Below, piece by piece: positions 37,746 through 52,215 of a DNA stretch of 64,000 nt (position 1 is the stretch's first letter; each line of letters starts with the position of its first letter). The DNA is from Octopus vulgaris (Eukaryota), in contig OX597814.1 of the NCBI GenBank assembly GCA_951406725.2, forward strand, positions 145,576,001-145,640,000, written 5' to 3'. Under the pieces are notes generated by a model. The model was given only the letters and a program-made list of their open reading frames with translations. It searched no databases and was not told where the DNA came from. Made by a program: the position numbers and the translations under genes.

Positions 37746-38055
37746 TCTCCGATTTGAAGCAAGAATTTTTAAATACAAGTAAATGACCGAAGAATGATGA
37801 GCTACTCTAGCGAGAATGGAACCCACGCATCAATGATAACCCGTCTCGTTGTGCATTTAATTGGGCCAAACGCTCACCCATAAATTTCAGCCAAATTATA
37901 GAATATATGTTTAAACTGTCTAATATTACATATAATATTAGTAAACAAACCAGAGCCGTGTTAGAGTGGATTTATGGGCTCCAATTTGGTTAGGGTTAGC
38001 TCATCATGTTTCGGTCATTTGTTTGTATTTAAAAATTGCCGCTTCAAATCGGAGA
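37746..38055. mobile_element. MITE/foldback element with ~59-bp terminal inverted repeats
   Basis: 37746-37804 is an imperfect reverse complement of 37997-38055; TA flanks. Confidence 0.65.
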
Positions 38056-38155
38056 GTATATATTATTATGATATATTATTATACAGTTATTATAGTAAGA
38101 GCCTTCCATAGTAGCTTTCTCGCCGTGACTTGCGAAGCCTTTCTGGTCTGTTTAC

Positions 38156-38186
<31 letters not shown>

Positions 38187-38325
38187 GCAATAATTGTAAT
38201 GATAGATAATATGGAGATTGGTACATCCTCAAAATTTCTTTTCTTTTATTTTAGTTTATCACACACAATACTTTCATGTATGAGCAGTTTATTCAACTAA
38301 GCACACACACGCGCACACACATATG

Positions 38326-38423
<98 letters not shown>

Positions 38424-39901
38424 CATATATATATACACACACTCACTTATTACAAATAATTGTCGGATTATGGTTACTACACCTGATAAAATTACGCAGA
38501 GTAATATGTAATGTTTGCGATGGAGGCATAGGCTAAATCATAGCATGTGTAGATTTTGAAAACAATTCGGTGGCATTCCACGTCCAAGATGTCAATATTC
38601 AAGTTAACCGTGAGTTATAGAGCTTTTAATAATAATCTGTATTAATTACATTATAATATAATAATTGAGAGCCATATGATTTTCTAACTTCTTGGTTGAG
38701 TACAAAATCATGGACTTTTCATTAAAACGGCATTTTTATCATTGCATTTTTATTTGGATTTACTACTTTACTAAAATAAAACTATGAGTAGTTATAAATG
38801 TAAATGGTAATTAAAAAAAGGATCAAAGGTACTTCAGGAGCCACAGGATCATAAGGCTGATTTCCCAGATATTTTGACGTATATAGCCTTCATTGGACGG
38901 AACGCATGTCTATCGCAAGAACACAACGCGTCATCAGTTCAGGAATCAAAGCCCCAATCTCACGATAATGAGTGCAACACTCTAACCACAAAACCACGCA
39001 CTTCTACAAATAATAATTAGATGGCTATAAAAAATGTTTTAAATATTTATATGAGGATGAGAAAAAACTTTTCGAAGAAGATGAATTTATTAAGATAAAG
39101 TGTAACGTAGCGGTAGAAAAGCGAATAAACTATTTACTGAAGTAGAGAAAAACCTATAAAAATACATAATTTCCGATTTCCTACAGATATTCAAGCTAAG
39201 CAATTAGTAGAATAAAAATCTAGAAATAATTAAAAACACTTTAACAAAAAAAGCATACACCACTCTAAAATAAAACAGAAAACTTCACGATGTAACTCTT
39301 GACGCATAGGAATAGTATTGAAGACGGACAAAAATTCCAAGAATAAATTCATAACCATTACTGCAATCAAGAAGATTAATGATTATATTTAGAATACAAT
39401 ATTGAAATGTAGACGTTGGTACAGATTTATTAGCCATGGGCAGAGGCGAAATGTGACTCTTATGAGTAGACAATTACATTTAAGATTATTATAGTTTATC
39501 TAAATCTATAACAAAGAATCTGCAAGTTAAAGCGAAATACTGAAGCAAAAAGGAAGAAAAAATACAAAAAATGTTAAAGAGATCTTAGTCCTCATGTTAA
39601 TGTAGTCGGATGATAAAAAAGCTAAAAATGAAAAAAATGGGTGGGTAGTCGAATAGAAAACAAAATGATATGGCACATCGATAGAAAAAATATATGACTT
39701 AGGAAATTACAAGAAAAATTTGATGCAATTACCGGAGAAGCAGAGAGCGGAAAACTATTTTCATGGTCAAATGTTGAAGCGAATCGAAAAATACAAAGTT
39801 AGATAAAAAGAAAATCCAATGATTCGTTGCAAACACGAAATTTAAAATGTTCCCCTTAAGAACAGCTGGAGGTACGCATTTAACCACAATACATAATACA
39901 C

Positions 39902-39944
<43 letters not shown>

Positions 39945-39945
<1 letters not shown>

Positions 39946-40809
39946 GGAGTACCCAAAAGAAACTGGAATTTTGCAATATTATTTCATTCACTTAGTTAAT
40001 TCAAAGTATTCTCCATTTGACGCGTTTTTCCACTGTTCGAAGCAGTACTGGAATTCTTTGCAGAATGATACCATTTAACGCCTCCGTCGTTTTTTACTTC
40101 CCCACGTCCACATCTGCAAATTCCATAGAACCAGCTTTCGTTACCAGTAAAGACCTTTAAAAGAAGGTTCGGATCAATTTGCATCTGATTCTTTTTTTTT
40201 TTTGTTCACGACAAGCATACAGTAGGGACTGTCTTTAATCTTCCGTGAGCAGGCGAGGCACAATTTTTGCTGCAACTCTTTACATTCGCAATTCCTCCCT
40301 CAAAATTCGTTGGCAGAAGCTCCAAAACTCACCTGTCATATCAAAATGTTCATCAATTGTTCAGTGACAATCCACCAAGATAAGTTCATGAATTTTCATG
40401 ATGTTTTCATTCATTCGTGAAGTCGACGGACGCCCTGATCGAAGTTAGTTTAAAGCGACAAGAGACCATTCCTACAGCGTGAAAACCACCCGTAAATTTG
40501 GGCTTTGCTCATGGCAGTGTCCTTGTAAGCTTTTCGAAGCCTGTCAAATCTGTTTTGCCGCCGCCGCAGAGAACAAAATTTCATGGAAGCACGTTGTTCC
40601 TTCCTTTCAGCCATCGCAAAAATCGACGAACATTGGAGCAGCCCTGCAAAATTAAGACGCACAACTTGGTAAAATGACTTCAGTTGACGAGCCTGGTCAG
40701 CGTACTGATGCCTGAGGGTGGCATCAAGTTACTTCTCGCGGCGGAAGTCTGAGTTACAATGGGCTTCTCCCGCAGGGAGCGTTTCCGGTTACTTTTGGGT
40801 ACACTTTCG
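39945..40809 (-). mobile_element. Mariner, internally deleted and decayed
   Basis: TIR remnants GTACCCAAAAGAAACTGGAA / TTCCGGTTACTTTTGGGTAC; MAERKEQRASMKFC..KAYKDTAMSKAQIYGWF; TGNESWFYG. Confidence 0.8.
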
Positions 40810-40954
40810 TATGTATGTGTGTATGTGTGTCTTTGTCCCCCCACCACTCCACTTCAAGGCACTGCATGGCCGCAATCAAATGATTGAATTAAGTATATAT
40901 ATATATACTGAATCAAGAAAAAGAATATATATATATATATATAAATTTGGGGAG

Positions 40955-41235
40955 TGAGGGATTTTATTGATCCCTGGAGAATGAAAGGCAAAGTCGACCT
41001 TTATGGAATTGAACCCAATCCTTGAAGCCGGAAGAAATGCGGTTACGCATTTTGCCAGGCGTGCTAAAGATTCTTCTAGCCAGCAGGGGAGATGGCTAGT
41101 CGATTACATCAACCTCAGTACTCACCTGGTAATTAAATTACTTTATGGATCCCGAAAGATTGAAATGCAAAGTGGACCTCCGTAGATTTTGAACTCAAAA
41201 CATAAAAACGGAAGAAATGACTAAATATCTTTGTA
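40955..41235 (-). mobile_element. SINE family B, two diverged copies
   Basis: ATGAAAGGCAAAGTCGACC and TGAAATGCAAAGTGGACC match the reverse complement of the family B domain. Confidence 0.6.
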
Positions 41236-41289
41236 TCAAATGGGATCACGAATAAATACTTTCTTGGGAGTGTGTTGTTGCCTCTCCTT

Positions 41290-42845
41290 TTGTTCTTTGC
41301 AATGGAGTTGTGCTGATGCATGTTACAGTCTACATACACTGTGCATGCTACGTTCTTTCCAGGTATAGACTGTTTCCTCACTTGTGGTTGATGGCACTTG
41401 AGAAACTGAGGTTGGTTGATATATTATTCTACATTTTAAAGATGGGAGATTATGTACATTATTTACAATGGGTGGGTAGGTGTCCTCACCTTGTTTGTTG
41501 TTGCCACAATGTTTCGATTGATGTACTCTTCAAACTTCATCAGTTACCCTGGGTAGAATTTCGAACCCAACCATTAACTAATGGGATACTGTGTTCTCAT
41601 TCCTAAGGTGATTTTTTTTGCTGAGGTTATTTTTTCTGTAGATAACTTTTTCATGCCTGAGATTGAACTCAGAATCCGAGACTTAGTAGCCTGCGCTCTT
41701 ATCCACCACCCTGTATGCCCGTAGGAAGTTAGTGGGTGAGTTCTTGGACTTATAAACCTGATATTTTATTTTCTCTAAGGCGGTGATCTGGCAGTCATGT
41801 TTGCTCACCGGGCGAAATGCTTAGGAGAATTTCGTCAGTCTTTATGTTCTGAGTTCAAATTCCGCCGAGGTCGACTTTGCATTTTATCCTTTCAGGGTTG
41901 ATAAATTAAGTACCCGTTGCTAATCGACTGACCCACTCCTCAGAAACTTCGGGCCTTGTGCCTAGAGTAAAGAAAGAATATTTTTCCTTTTTATTATACT
42001 GGTTCCCATATTACATTCACATCTACACTAAGTCTGCTTAAGAGGTTATTTTGTCCTAGCATATGTGCTGCCTCTTTTAATTGTCGTAATGCCCAATGGT
42101 GTTCTCTGTCTATTATTTTAACTTCATCCCACAGGGGTAGGTGGTCTCCGTTTTTCCATACATTTCTTTGTTTTCAATATGTCCTAGTGTCACAGCTTTC
42201 CTCTGCCCTTATTTGAAGAGGGCAGCATGTTTCGCCTTTGTATAACCTACCACATCTGCATGGGATGCAGTACACGCATTTTTTGGTCATATTCTCTTCT
42301 ATGGGTGGTTTACTTGGAGGAGATATTTGCGAAGCGTTGTATTACTTCTGAATATTGTCCTGATGTCATATGGACCGCATACCTTTTGTATCTTGTCGGA
42401 GAGACCTTTGACATAGGGTTGACAAACTGTGTTTCATCCCCTCTTCTCTTCCTAATTGGAGTGGATAGTATATTTTCTGGGCAGTTGTTGCATAGCAGAT
42501 TGTTTCTTAGCCTGTCATTTCTTCGTGGTGTGTATCAGGATCGCTACTAATAGATAGTCTTTGGTTGATGTTTTAGACACTGAGCAATCCCTGTATGGAT
42601 GCTGAGAACTGAAGTTGAGGTATCGTCCATTGAAGTTTGGCTTGCGGTTTACAGCTGCCATGAACCCGTACTCAGTGCATGTCTTTAATACATCCAGGAA
42701 TGCCAGTTGATTTGTCTTTTTCCTTTTCCATTGTGAACTGTATGGATGGCTTTATTGAGTTCACATAATCTAGTAGTACTTGGACATTATTCACGCGGGG
42801 CCAGAGTATAAAGGTATCATCAACATATCAAAGCCATCGACCAAA
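41290..42845 (-). mobile_element. 5'-truncated, decayed Penelope/Poseidon-like retrotransposon
   Basis: YVDDTFILW..VNSIKPSIQFTMEKE..LAFLDV..RKP..RYLNFSSQHP (42590-42835); GIY-YIG VYCIPCRCGRLYKGET (~42225-42280); HHR remnant CTGATGA-a...GAAAC at ~41500-41548. Confidence 0.85.
41778..41975 (+). mobile_element. SINE family B nested in the Penelope element
   Basis: Family B head and central domain. Confidence 0.82.
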
Positions 42846-42868
42846 ATATGAGGTCGTTTAAGAAAATG

Positions 42869-43093
42869 TTACTCTTTACTCTCTTTTACTCTTTTACTTG
42901 TTTCAGTCATTTGACTGCGGCCATGCTGGAGCACCGCCTTCAGTCGAGCAAATCGACCCCGGGACTTATTCTTTGTAAGCCCAGTACTTATTCTATCGAT
43001 CTCTTTTGCCGAGCCGCTAAGTGACGGGGACATAAACACACCAGCATCGGTTGTCAAGCAATGCTAGGGAGACAAACAGACACACAAACACAT

Positions 43094-43160
<67 letters not shown>

Positions 43161-43349
43161 TATATACGACAGGCTTCTTTCAGTTTCCGTCTACCAAATC
43201 CACTCACAAGGCATTGGTCGGCCCGAGGCTATAGCAGTAGACACTTGCCCAAGATGCCACGCAGTGGGACTGAACCTGGAACCATGTGGTTGGTTAGCAA
43301 GTTACTTACCACACAGCCACTCCTGTGCCTATAAGCCACTCCTGCGCCT
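42869..43349 (-). mobile_element. SINE family A, best-preserved copy (tRNA head, CORE-like segment, internal (TA)n/(TG)n, LINE-like tail)
   Basis: Minus strand: TGGCTGTGTGGTAAG (A box), GGTTCAGTCCC (B box), CTTGGGCAAGT, tail GGTGCTCCAGCATGGCC...GAAACAAGTAAAAGAG. Confidence 0.9.
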
Positions 43350-43649
43350 ATATATAAAATTTTACCTTTAAATAAAATTTTAAAAACAAAAGATATGACA
43401 ATGTGCCAAAAATAACGTCTATATTCTGACGCATCTACGCTGTCAGTCGATCTGCTAGTAATAGATGCTAAATACCTTTAAAATTATATCCTACTTAAAA
43501 AAAATTGAGATCAGATAATGATACACTCTGAATAGACTAAAAGACTCACGAGACAAAACTAGAAAGACTTTGATCACAAGTCTGTTAAATTACCGTGGAA
43601 TCTAGTGCTAAACATCAACAAACATCAAAGAACAAACATTTAAACATCG

Positions 43650-44615
43650 AAAAAATAATAGAACTATGAACATCGAGGAAGTACATCACGAAGTTAGATC
43701 TGGTGCAAACAAATCAGAAGAGAAACAAGATGGCAAGCAAAATTAAAACCCTGTATATATATACATTACATTGTCCAAGTAAAGAACTAGACGTATATCA
43801 GCAAAATTTAAACAAAATTGAATCTAAGAAATATCTAAGATTAGAATACTTTAAAGCTGGAAATGTTCAGAATGACAACAATATAAATATGGAAATAATT
43901 AAAAAGATTTAAGTTTGATAGAAGATCTAAATACTCTCCTAAAGATTAATTTTAACGATAAAATAACAACGCAAACACAAACCGGACCACCGTAGACATA
44001 CTGGAAACACATGTGAACATAATTATCTCCAGAATATATCAAGTAATCTATGCAGCAGTCTGTCTGTAGTAACAAAACTAAATGGGGAAGTTAAATAAAT
44101 AAATATTATTATTTGTATTATTTTTCTTATTATTATCACAATCATTATTATCTAAACTGATCAAATAACAGGATAAAGAAGTATACGAAGAATGGTAGAA
44201 AATAAAACAAAGGACGTATCAATCTTAATTAGATTGATAACAAGAAACAAAACAAAAATGAAAGAAAGATAAGGGAGAATTACGACAGACAAAGAATATT
44301 AAAAAAAAGTAGCGAAAAAATGAAGCACTAAATCACAAACAATTCGACGTTCTGAGAAGAAACAACATATGGTTGCAAAACAAACGCTTTCTTCTATAAT
44401 CCAAACAGATTTTACCATGATGTAGGTCAAAACAGAGGAGAAACCAATACAGCTTCAATAGTGAAAGAACTAGAAATGGAGAACGAATTATAGCTAGCAG
44501 ATGAGAGCTTTAAGAATAACAATTACAATAAATTAATATAGAAAAGTTTCAAAAGAGTACTTAGATATAAAACAGGAACACCTGGATAACACATGAAGTG
44601 TTACATTTTTGGTTA
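43650..44615 (+). pseudogene. Heavily decayed LINE, possibly R4/Dong-like
   Basis: A-rich coding-like strand; residual resemblance to QN..F..N..RFY (~44375-44420) and KAPG.D..FW (~44570-44612). Confidence 0.35.
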
Positions 44616-45494
44616 GTCGTCTGGTAAAAATGTCGCTTGGCGTTGACGTCTGTCCTTAACCCTAGTAAGGTAGGGCATCCAAACCTAGTGATTTGTAGAT
44701 ACACTTCGAGAACTTATCTACATCAGCTTGTATGGGATTTTGTAATCACTCAGTATTCTTCCATAAACACTCTTCTTCAATAGAGTTTCAGTATAGACAT
44801 TTTGCCATCTCTCTTAACAATTATTCTTGGTCTTCTGATTTCGTTGTCCACATTCTCATGCATACATCTCGTTGCTGGCCTTGTTATTATCGTTGATGTT
44901 TATACTCTCGGTATTATTATTCTCGGTGGTGGGTATCGTACTGGATGAATATTTGTAGTAGTGTTGCTTGCTATTGAAGTAGTAAGTATATGGTTATGAT
45001 GGTTATGATGTGACGGGTTTTGTTTCAAATACCGCTACTACAGTTGTCGCTATAGCTAGCGGTGGCTTTTGTGCTGGTCATGCAGTCAGAAACATTGGTA
45101 ATGCTTTCATTGTCATCAATGTCGATAGTGTCACGTGATGATATTAGTGACACTATTTTAACGTGGTGACATTAGCGATGCTATTGTTATTGGTAGTGGT
45201 GTTGAAGCTGAAAGACAGGCGGATCAATCTTGTTATCTCTCCTTATTTCAGTTGATGAATAAGAGGTCCTTTCAACTCATATATATATATATATATATAT
45301 ATATAAATTAAATTAGAGATAAAACCACTATTAGGCAAATCAAAAAGTGAAAAACATAAACCAAAACATAGAAATAAAATTAATTAATATAATATATAAA
45401 ATATAAAATTCAAAATTTAAATTATTTAAATTTAAAGTTAAAAATTTAGAATTATTAATCTATATTTATAAATTTTTATATGTGTGTGTATGCG

Positions 45495-45794
45495 TGTATG
45501 TGCGTTTGTGTATGTGTTTGTCCCCGCCATTATCGCTTGAAAACCGATTTTGATGTGTTTACATCCCCGTAATTTAGCGGTTGGGGAAAAGACACCGATA
45601 GAATAAATCCAAGGGCCGATTTCTTGGACTAAAAGGTGGTGCTCCAGCATGACCATAGTCACAATGACTGAAACAAGTAAAAGAATATGAGCTTACAAAC
45701 CACATGGTTCCGGGCAAGTGTCTTCTGCTATAGCCTCGGACCGATCAAAGATTTGAAAGTGAATCTGGTAGACGGAAACTGAAAGAAGCCCGTC

Positions 45795-45797
<3 letters not shown>
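45495..45797 (+). mobile_element. SINE family A: tail half followed by a truncated head half
   Basis: Tail ends ...GAAACAAGTAAAAGA at ~45685; next copy CCACATGGTTCCGGGCAAGTG...GAAGCCCGTCGTATA. Confidence 0.75.
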
Positions 45798-45844
<47 letters not shown>

Positions 45845-45952
45845 TCGGGGTGAGTTACTTGATAATTATAAGCACCTGTGTATACCGTTTGGTGGTGTAG
45901 GTGGTGGAGTAAATTGATCAAAATAAAATAAAAACATGATGCGAAGGATTCA

Positions 45953-46030
45953 GCGGTACATATGTTTCGGGCCTTTATTAGACAGATTTATAACAATGCA
46001 TAATGTATGTCTGTGGCCTTCTTCAGCCGC
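45953..46030 (-). ncRNA. Type I hammerhead ribozyme
   Basis: Reverse complement of 47593-47670. Confidence 0.8.
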
Positions 46031-47592
46031 GCACAACAGCTTCCACAAGGACATGTGTTACATCAAAAATTCTTGGTTGGGGATGCAAATCCTCTCATTC
46101 GCGTACGACATAATGCGGCAGCAGCATAGAATTGAAGCGTCCATCTCTTTCTTCTCTCAATGTAGAATGAGGAAAATTGGATGTTGAAGTAATGTAAATA
46201 AATAAATACATATATAGACGTGAAGATGGAGGGGCGAGAATTCAGGACGAGGGATAAAAAATGTATAAAAAGTGTAAGTATAGAAAAATATAAAGATGTA
46301 GAGCATAAAGATATAAAGAGGTATAAGGAGATGTAAAGGGGGTATAAAGAATATAAAGAAATATAAAGAAATATAAATAAATGTAAAGGCATAAGGTTAT
46401 AAAGTAAAAATAGAAATAGAAATAAAAGTAAAAAAACATGATAAAAACATGATAAAAATGTAAAAAAATGTAAAGATAAGGGATGTATAGAGGTTACGGA
46501 CCAAGCATGGTGGTCAGGAGATTGATAAAATTTAGTTGTAGAATTGTCAGTAAATCAACTGTTTCGTCTGGGGACCTAATGTGTTGTAAATCAGAGCTGA
46601 TGAGCGTTTAATCTGGTTCCTTGTATATGTGCACGCACATACGGACACACAGCCGTGTGTGCGTGCACGTATAGACATGAGTACGTGATTCTTTACATAC
46701 ATTCTTTTATACATCCTTTAATATCTTATATCTAGACCTAGAAGCGTGGGCATATGCGTGTGTGTATGTAGGGATGGGCGCGCGTATGTACATGTGAGTG
46801 TGTACACGTATAGTGTCCGTGTATACATGCGGATATTCTGTTGTATGTATGTATGTGTACGTGCGTGCGTGTGGGTGTGTGTGTGTTTATGTACATGTTT
46901 ACACGCGAGTGCGTGTGTATGCTTATAGGCTTGGAGGCGTATATGTACGCGCGTATATGGGTGTATGTATCCATGATGATATGAATGTACTAGAAGTCCA
47001 TTTAATTCAAGGAACCAGATTAAACGCTCTGATTTACAACACATTAGGTCCCCAGACGAAACTGTTGATTTACTGACAATTCTACAACTAAATTTTATCA
47101 ATCTCCTGACCACCATGCTTGGTCCGTAACCTCTATACATCCCTTATCTTTACATTTTTTTACATTTTTATCATGTTTTTATCATGTTTTTTTACTTTTA
47201 TTTCTATTTCTATTTTTACTTTATAACCTTATGCCTTTACATTTATTTATATTTCTTTATATTTCTTTATATTCTTTATACCCCCTTTACATCTCCTTAT
47301 ACCTCTTTATATCTTTATGCTCTACATCTTTATATTTTTCTATACTTACACATTTTATACATTTTTTATCCCTCGTCCTGAATTCTCGCCCCTCCATCTT
47401 CACGTCTATATATGTATTTATTTATTTACATTACTTCAACATCCAATTTTCCTCATTCTACATTGAGAGAAGAAAGAGATGGACGCTTCAATTCTATGCT
47501 GCTGCCGCATTATGTCGTACGCGAATGAGAGGATTTGCATCTCCAACCAAGAATTTTTGATGTAACACATGTCCTTGTGGAAGTTGTTGTGC

Positions 47593-47670
47593 GCGGCTGA
47601 AGAAGGCCACAGACATACATTATGCATTGTTATAAATCTGTCTAATAAAGGCCCGAAACATATGTACCGC
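47593..47670 (+). ncRNA. Type I hammerhead ribozyme
   Basis: gcgg-CTGAAGA-a-ggcc-acaga...tctgt...ggcc-c-GAAA-catatg-TA-ccgc; palindromic stem III; predicted cut after 47666. Confidence 0.8.
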
Positions 47671-47705
47671 TGAATCATTCGCATCATGTTTTTATTTTAT
47701 TTTAT

Positions 47706-47819
<114 letters not shown>

Positions 47820-48677
47820 TGTGTGTGTGTATGTATGTATGTGTGTGTATATGTTTATGTGGCTGTCGTTGTTCCCTTAAAATCGCTTGACAACCGATGC
47901 TTGTGTGTTTACCGAACCCTAAACTTAACCCTAACCCTGGATCTTACTCTATCGTGCCATTTTGACAAACCGCTAGGGTTATTACTACTTAAACACACCA
48001 ACACCGGCTGTCAAGAGGTGGAGTGAAAAAACAAAAGAAAAGCAAAGACACAAAGAGATCCACGCATCTCGCCAGCGGGTGCACATACATATATTTATAT
48101 ATGCCAGCCTGCCACACAGATTTTGTGTATGAAATTCACTCACAAGATATAATTAAGCTCGCTTCTACAGAAGAAAATTAACTAAGGTGCCAAACAGTGA
48201 GATTGAAACCCAAACAACTTGCTTGTTACTTGAGCTTCTTAATGACCTAGCCATGCATGTACTTACCCATGCATGCGGTTTGGTACAATGTGTCTATAAA
48301 CGTGATATATAGTATAAAACTAGCGCTGTGATATCTATTCCCAAAACCATGAGTGTTCATAACACACACAGACGGTATCCTATGATGTAGATACAATGAT
48401 TGAAATATCCATAAACTAGAAATACTGATTATCTAAGAGGAGAAGGGTATATTTATTCAAAATTTCATATACCTACAATTGTTTCCACAGCAATAATTGC
48501 CACTTTGTTTTTACAAGACGGCGCTTCTTCACTCGCGAGTTTATCGATTATTCAAATGATTGAATAATTATTTGTAGAAACTCAAAGTGAAAATATCGAG
48601 AAGAGTCAGATTCTAATAATGTATACTAAGTGTACGTATTGAATTTGTTCTCCCCCATTTCTGAACAGCAACATTCA

Positions 48678-48790
<113 letters not shown>

Positions 48791-49034
48791 TCTATCTGTC
48801 TGTCTATCCATCCATCGATTCTTCCATCCATATCTTTGTCTCTTTATCCCTCCCCCCATCTATCTCTTTGTCTGTTTTTCTGTCCGTCTGTCCGTCTATC
48901 CGACTGTTTGTCTGTCCCGCTGTCTATCCATTCATCCATCCCTTCATCTTCGATTTCTACATCTATCTATCGATCACTTTATCGGCTTCTTCGATCTTAA
49001 ACACACAGATAGAAGGATAGGGACAGAGAGAGGG

Positions 49035-49071
<37 letters not shown>

Positions 49072-49669
49072 TAAGAGAGATAGAGAGAGACGGAGAGAAA
49101 TGTCTGAAGTATAATACACAAAATTGCATCTAGGAACAAGTACTTAACAAGTACATGTTATTATTTGATGTAGAGAAATTCACCTTACGTATAAAGCAAA
49201 TATCCATCTTATAGTCAATTTGAAAATGTATCAGATGCAAATGTCCAACGGTTATGTCAGTTAGACACAGTGCATTTATCAGGAATGCAAGCCTAAAAGC
49301 GTAGTCAAACGTAACAGAGAAACATGTGTAAATTGTGTATGGAAATGTCCATTTCTCATATATGAAACCATCCATCATACACAAGTACATTAAATATTTC
49401 TCGTGTTCCCCCTTCCAACATCTTCCAGCTATATATCATAAGAACCATCACAGATTTAAATCTCATCGTAATGTATATATGTTACATAGACACACACACA
49501 ATCACAAGTACAATACATACGTGCATACTTACATAATATAAAGGCACGCAAATACGCACACGCATATGCACACACACACACACGCACGTGAACACACACG
49601 GACATATGCATTCAACATATTTGCACCCACGTAAGTGCTCATATATATATGTAGAGATATATATGCATA

Positions 49670-49904
<235 letters not shown>

Positions 49905-50919
49905 ACACACACCCACACACACACACATATGCAAATATGTATCAAAATATGCAAACGCACACACACATGCACACACTTATATATATATATATTACACAAA
50001 TATATCCCGGCGTTTTGTACCGCAGATATATCTATCAGAGCGTAATCTGCAGCAGAGTGAAACCCTTAGATTTCTATCAATGAATGTTGGGCAATACAAA
50101 TAACACCATCGACTTAACATTGATCTATCGATCAATCTGCAATCCTAGCCAAGACTATTACAATCTTCAATATTTACATACCATATCTGAGTATTGCATA
50201 ATTCATTAAATTTCCACGCATTACAACCACCTTTCTTACATAAACAAATTACTCATCTTTCTGGTTCTCTTGTTACTTCCTTTAAATCATAAAACCATAG
50301 AAATATTCTCATTCAGAAAATATTTTTTTCTCTCTTGCGTGTCATCTAATTCTTACATTTTTACTAATATTTTTGATTAATTTTTATCTATTTATTTTTA
50401 TTTTAACTTTTGGCCTTTGATCTCCTTCGCACTCTAAACTTTTGTGTAGTTTTTATATTTCCCTGTTTGCCATAAGGATATTTAGCAATTTATTTTTGTT
50501 ATTCATGAACCAACGTATTACTAAATGATACCGTATTCACTAGTTATCTTTTATTTTTATGATTTACTTTAAACTGAATATAATTGTTCACATAAAGCAG
50601 AACTTTTCATGCACATATCCAATCTAAAAGTCACTTTATGTGATACATTTTCTTTTTAGTATATATCATGATCACATTCACTAAGCATATTACAAAACCT
50701 AAATTCCTGAAATATTTTAATAAGTGAGAAAGCGTTCAACACGTATGACGTATAACTATGCAAATATATCAAACCTATCCGTTTGCATTATTTAACGTGT
50801 AGAGAACGTTTCTAGACCTAAAAATCTGATATTTTTTTGTTACTACACTGTTCCTCTTACAGATACTAGATGTGTTACAGCAACATTACAGCTATTCTTC
50901 TACACTAAACTTTTCACTA

Positions 50920-52215
50920 CAAGGTGGCATCAAAAAGTTCCCGGACGAGTTATGCTTAATAAAAAGAAAAAAACTTTACCTATGTTTTAACATCATCTCC
51001 ATCGAAATAGTCACCTTGCGCAGCAATTAACCGGTCACAGCATCCCTGCTACTTTTGGAATCCGTCATGGAATTTGTTTTCCGTAAGCGAGTCGTAGACC
51101 TTCTGCGATTCACACTGGATTTCGATAACAGTGTTAAAACTGTGACCTTTGACCTGCCTTTTTATTTGGGGAAGAGAAGAAAGTCCGCAGGTGCTAGATC
51201 TGGCAAATAACGCGGGTGCGTTGCCGACATAATGTCGTTTTGTTGTTGTTTTTTTTTTTGCAAGAAACTCACGAATGAGGAGAGTTCGGTGACGGTGCAT
51301 TGTCATGGTCAAAAATCCAATTCTTGGCGCTCCACAGATTTGGTCACTTTTGCTGATTGTCCCCTCTCAAACGCTTCAAAACATCGCAGTAGAACTCTCG
51401 ATTGATGGTCTGACCTTGGGGGACGAATTCTCGATGCACAATACCACGGATGTCCAAATAAACTACGAGCATGCTTGTGATTGAGCTGCGGCTCTGTCGT
51501 GCATTCTTCGGTAATGGAGATGAAGGGCTCTTCCATTGGAATGATTGCTGCTTCGTTTCATGATCCTTCTCATGAAGGGTGGGGCATCAGTGCCACGCTG
51601 ACGGAGACCTCGAAAGACTTCGATGCGGCGTTCTTTCTGATCAGTGGTCAGTAGGCGGGGGACAAACTTGGCAGAGACATGTCGCATGTTGAATTCAGAT
51701 CTTAGGATTACCTCAACGGACACATATAACGACCAACAACACCAGAAATGTCACTGAGTGTCCTCCTACTATCCTCATGCACAAGCTGATAAATTGTCTC
51801 CACATTTCCGGGGGTGAGGGTCATGGCAGTCTTCCAGATCACTCGTCCTTTTTCGGAGACGTTCTTCCGCTTTTGAAGAGTCCGTGCCCCTCGAAGCATT
51901 ACGTACGACTCACTGCCTCGTCTCCGCAAGCTTGCCGAAACATGCTCATTACCTCTGCAGCAGACTTCCCAAGTTTAACACAAAATTTTACGTTGAGTCT
52001 TTGTTCCAACTTCTTGTCCATGACAATATCGCAGTTTACGGCGTGCATATGATCACAAAACTACATATTTCAAAACTTGCGAAGTGAACACAGCAATGTC
52101 GTTCGTCACTCTGCCTCATGAAGGTCACTGCTTGCTCTCAGTGTGCACGCAATCGTATGCTACCATCTATTGGCACGCTACAGAAATAGTCCCGAAATTT
52201 TTTTATACTACCTCG
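50920..52215 (-). mobile_element. Mariner transposon, about full length but decayed
   Basis: TA-flanked TIRs CAAGGTGGCATCAAAAAGTTCCCGGAC / GTCCCGAAATTTTTTTATACTACCTCG; MRHVSAKFVPRLLT; many frameshifts; ~1.3 kb. Confidence 0.88.

Noticed and set aside
43255-43349. tRNA gene calls for SINE heads here and elsewhere
   Set aside because: A/B boxes are present but no full cloverleaf, and they continue into SINE bodies
46590-46610. CTGATGAGC created by an 8-nt indel in the left arm
   Set aside because: No downstream GAAA or stems; coincidental
48430-48560. LQDGA motif suggesting a Tc1/mariner relic
   Set aside because: A single short motif is insufficient
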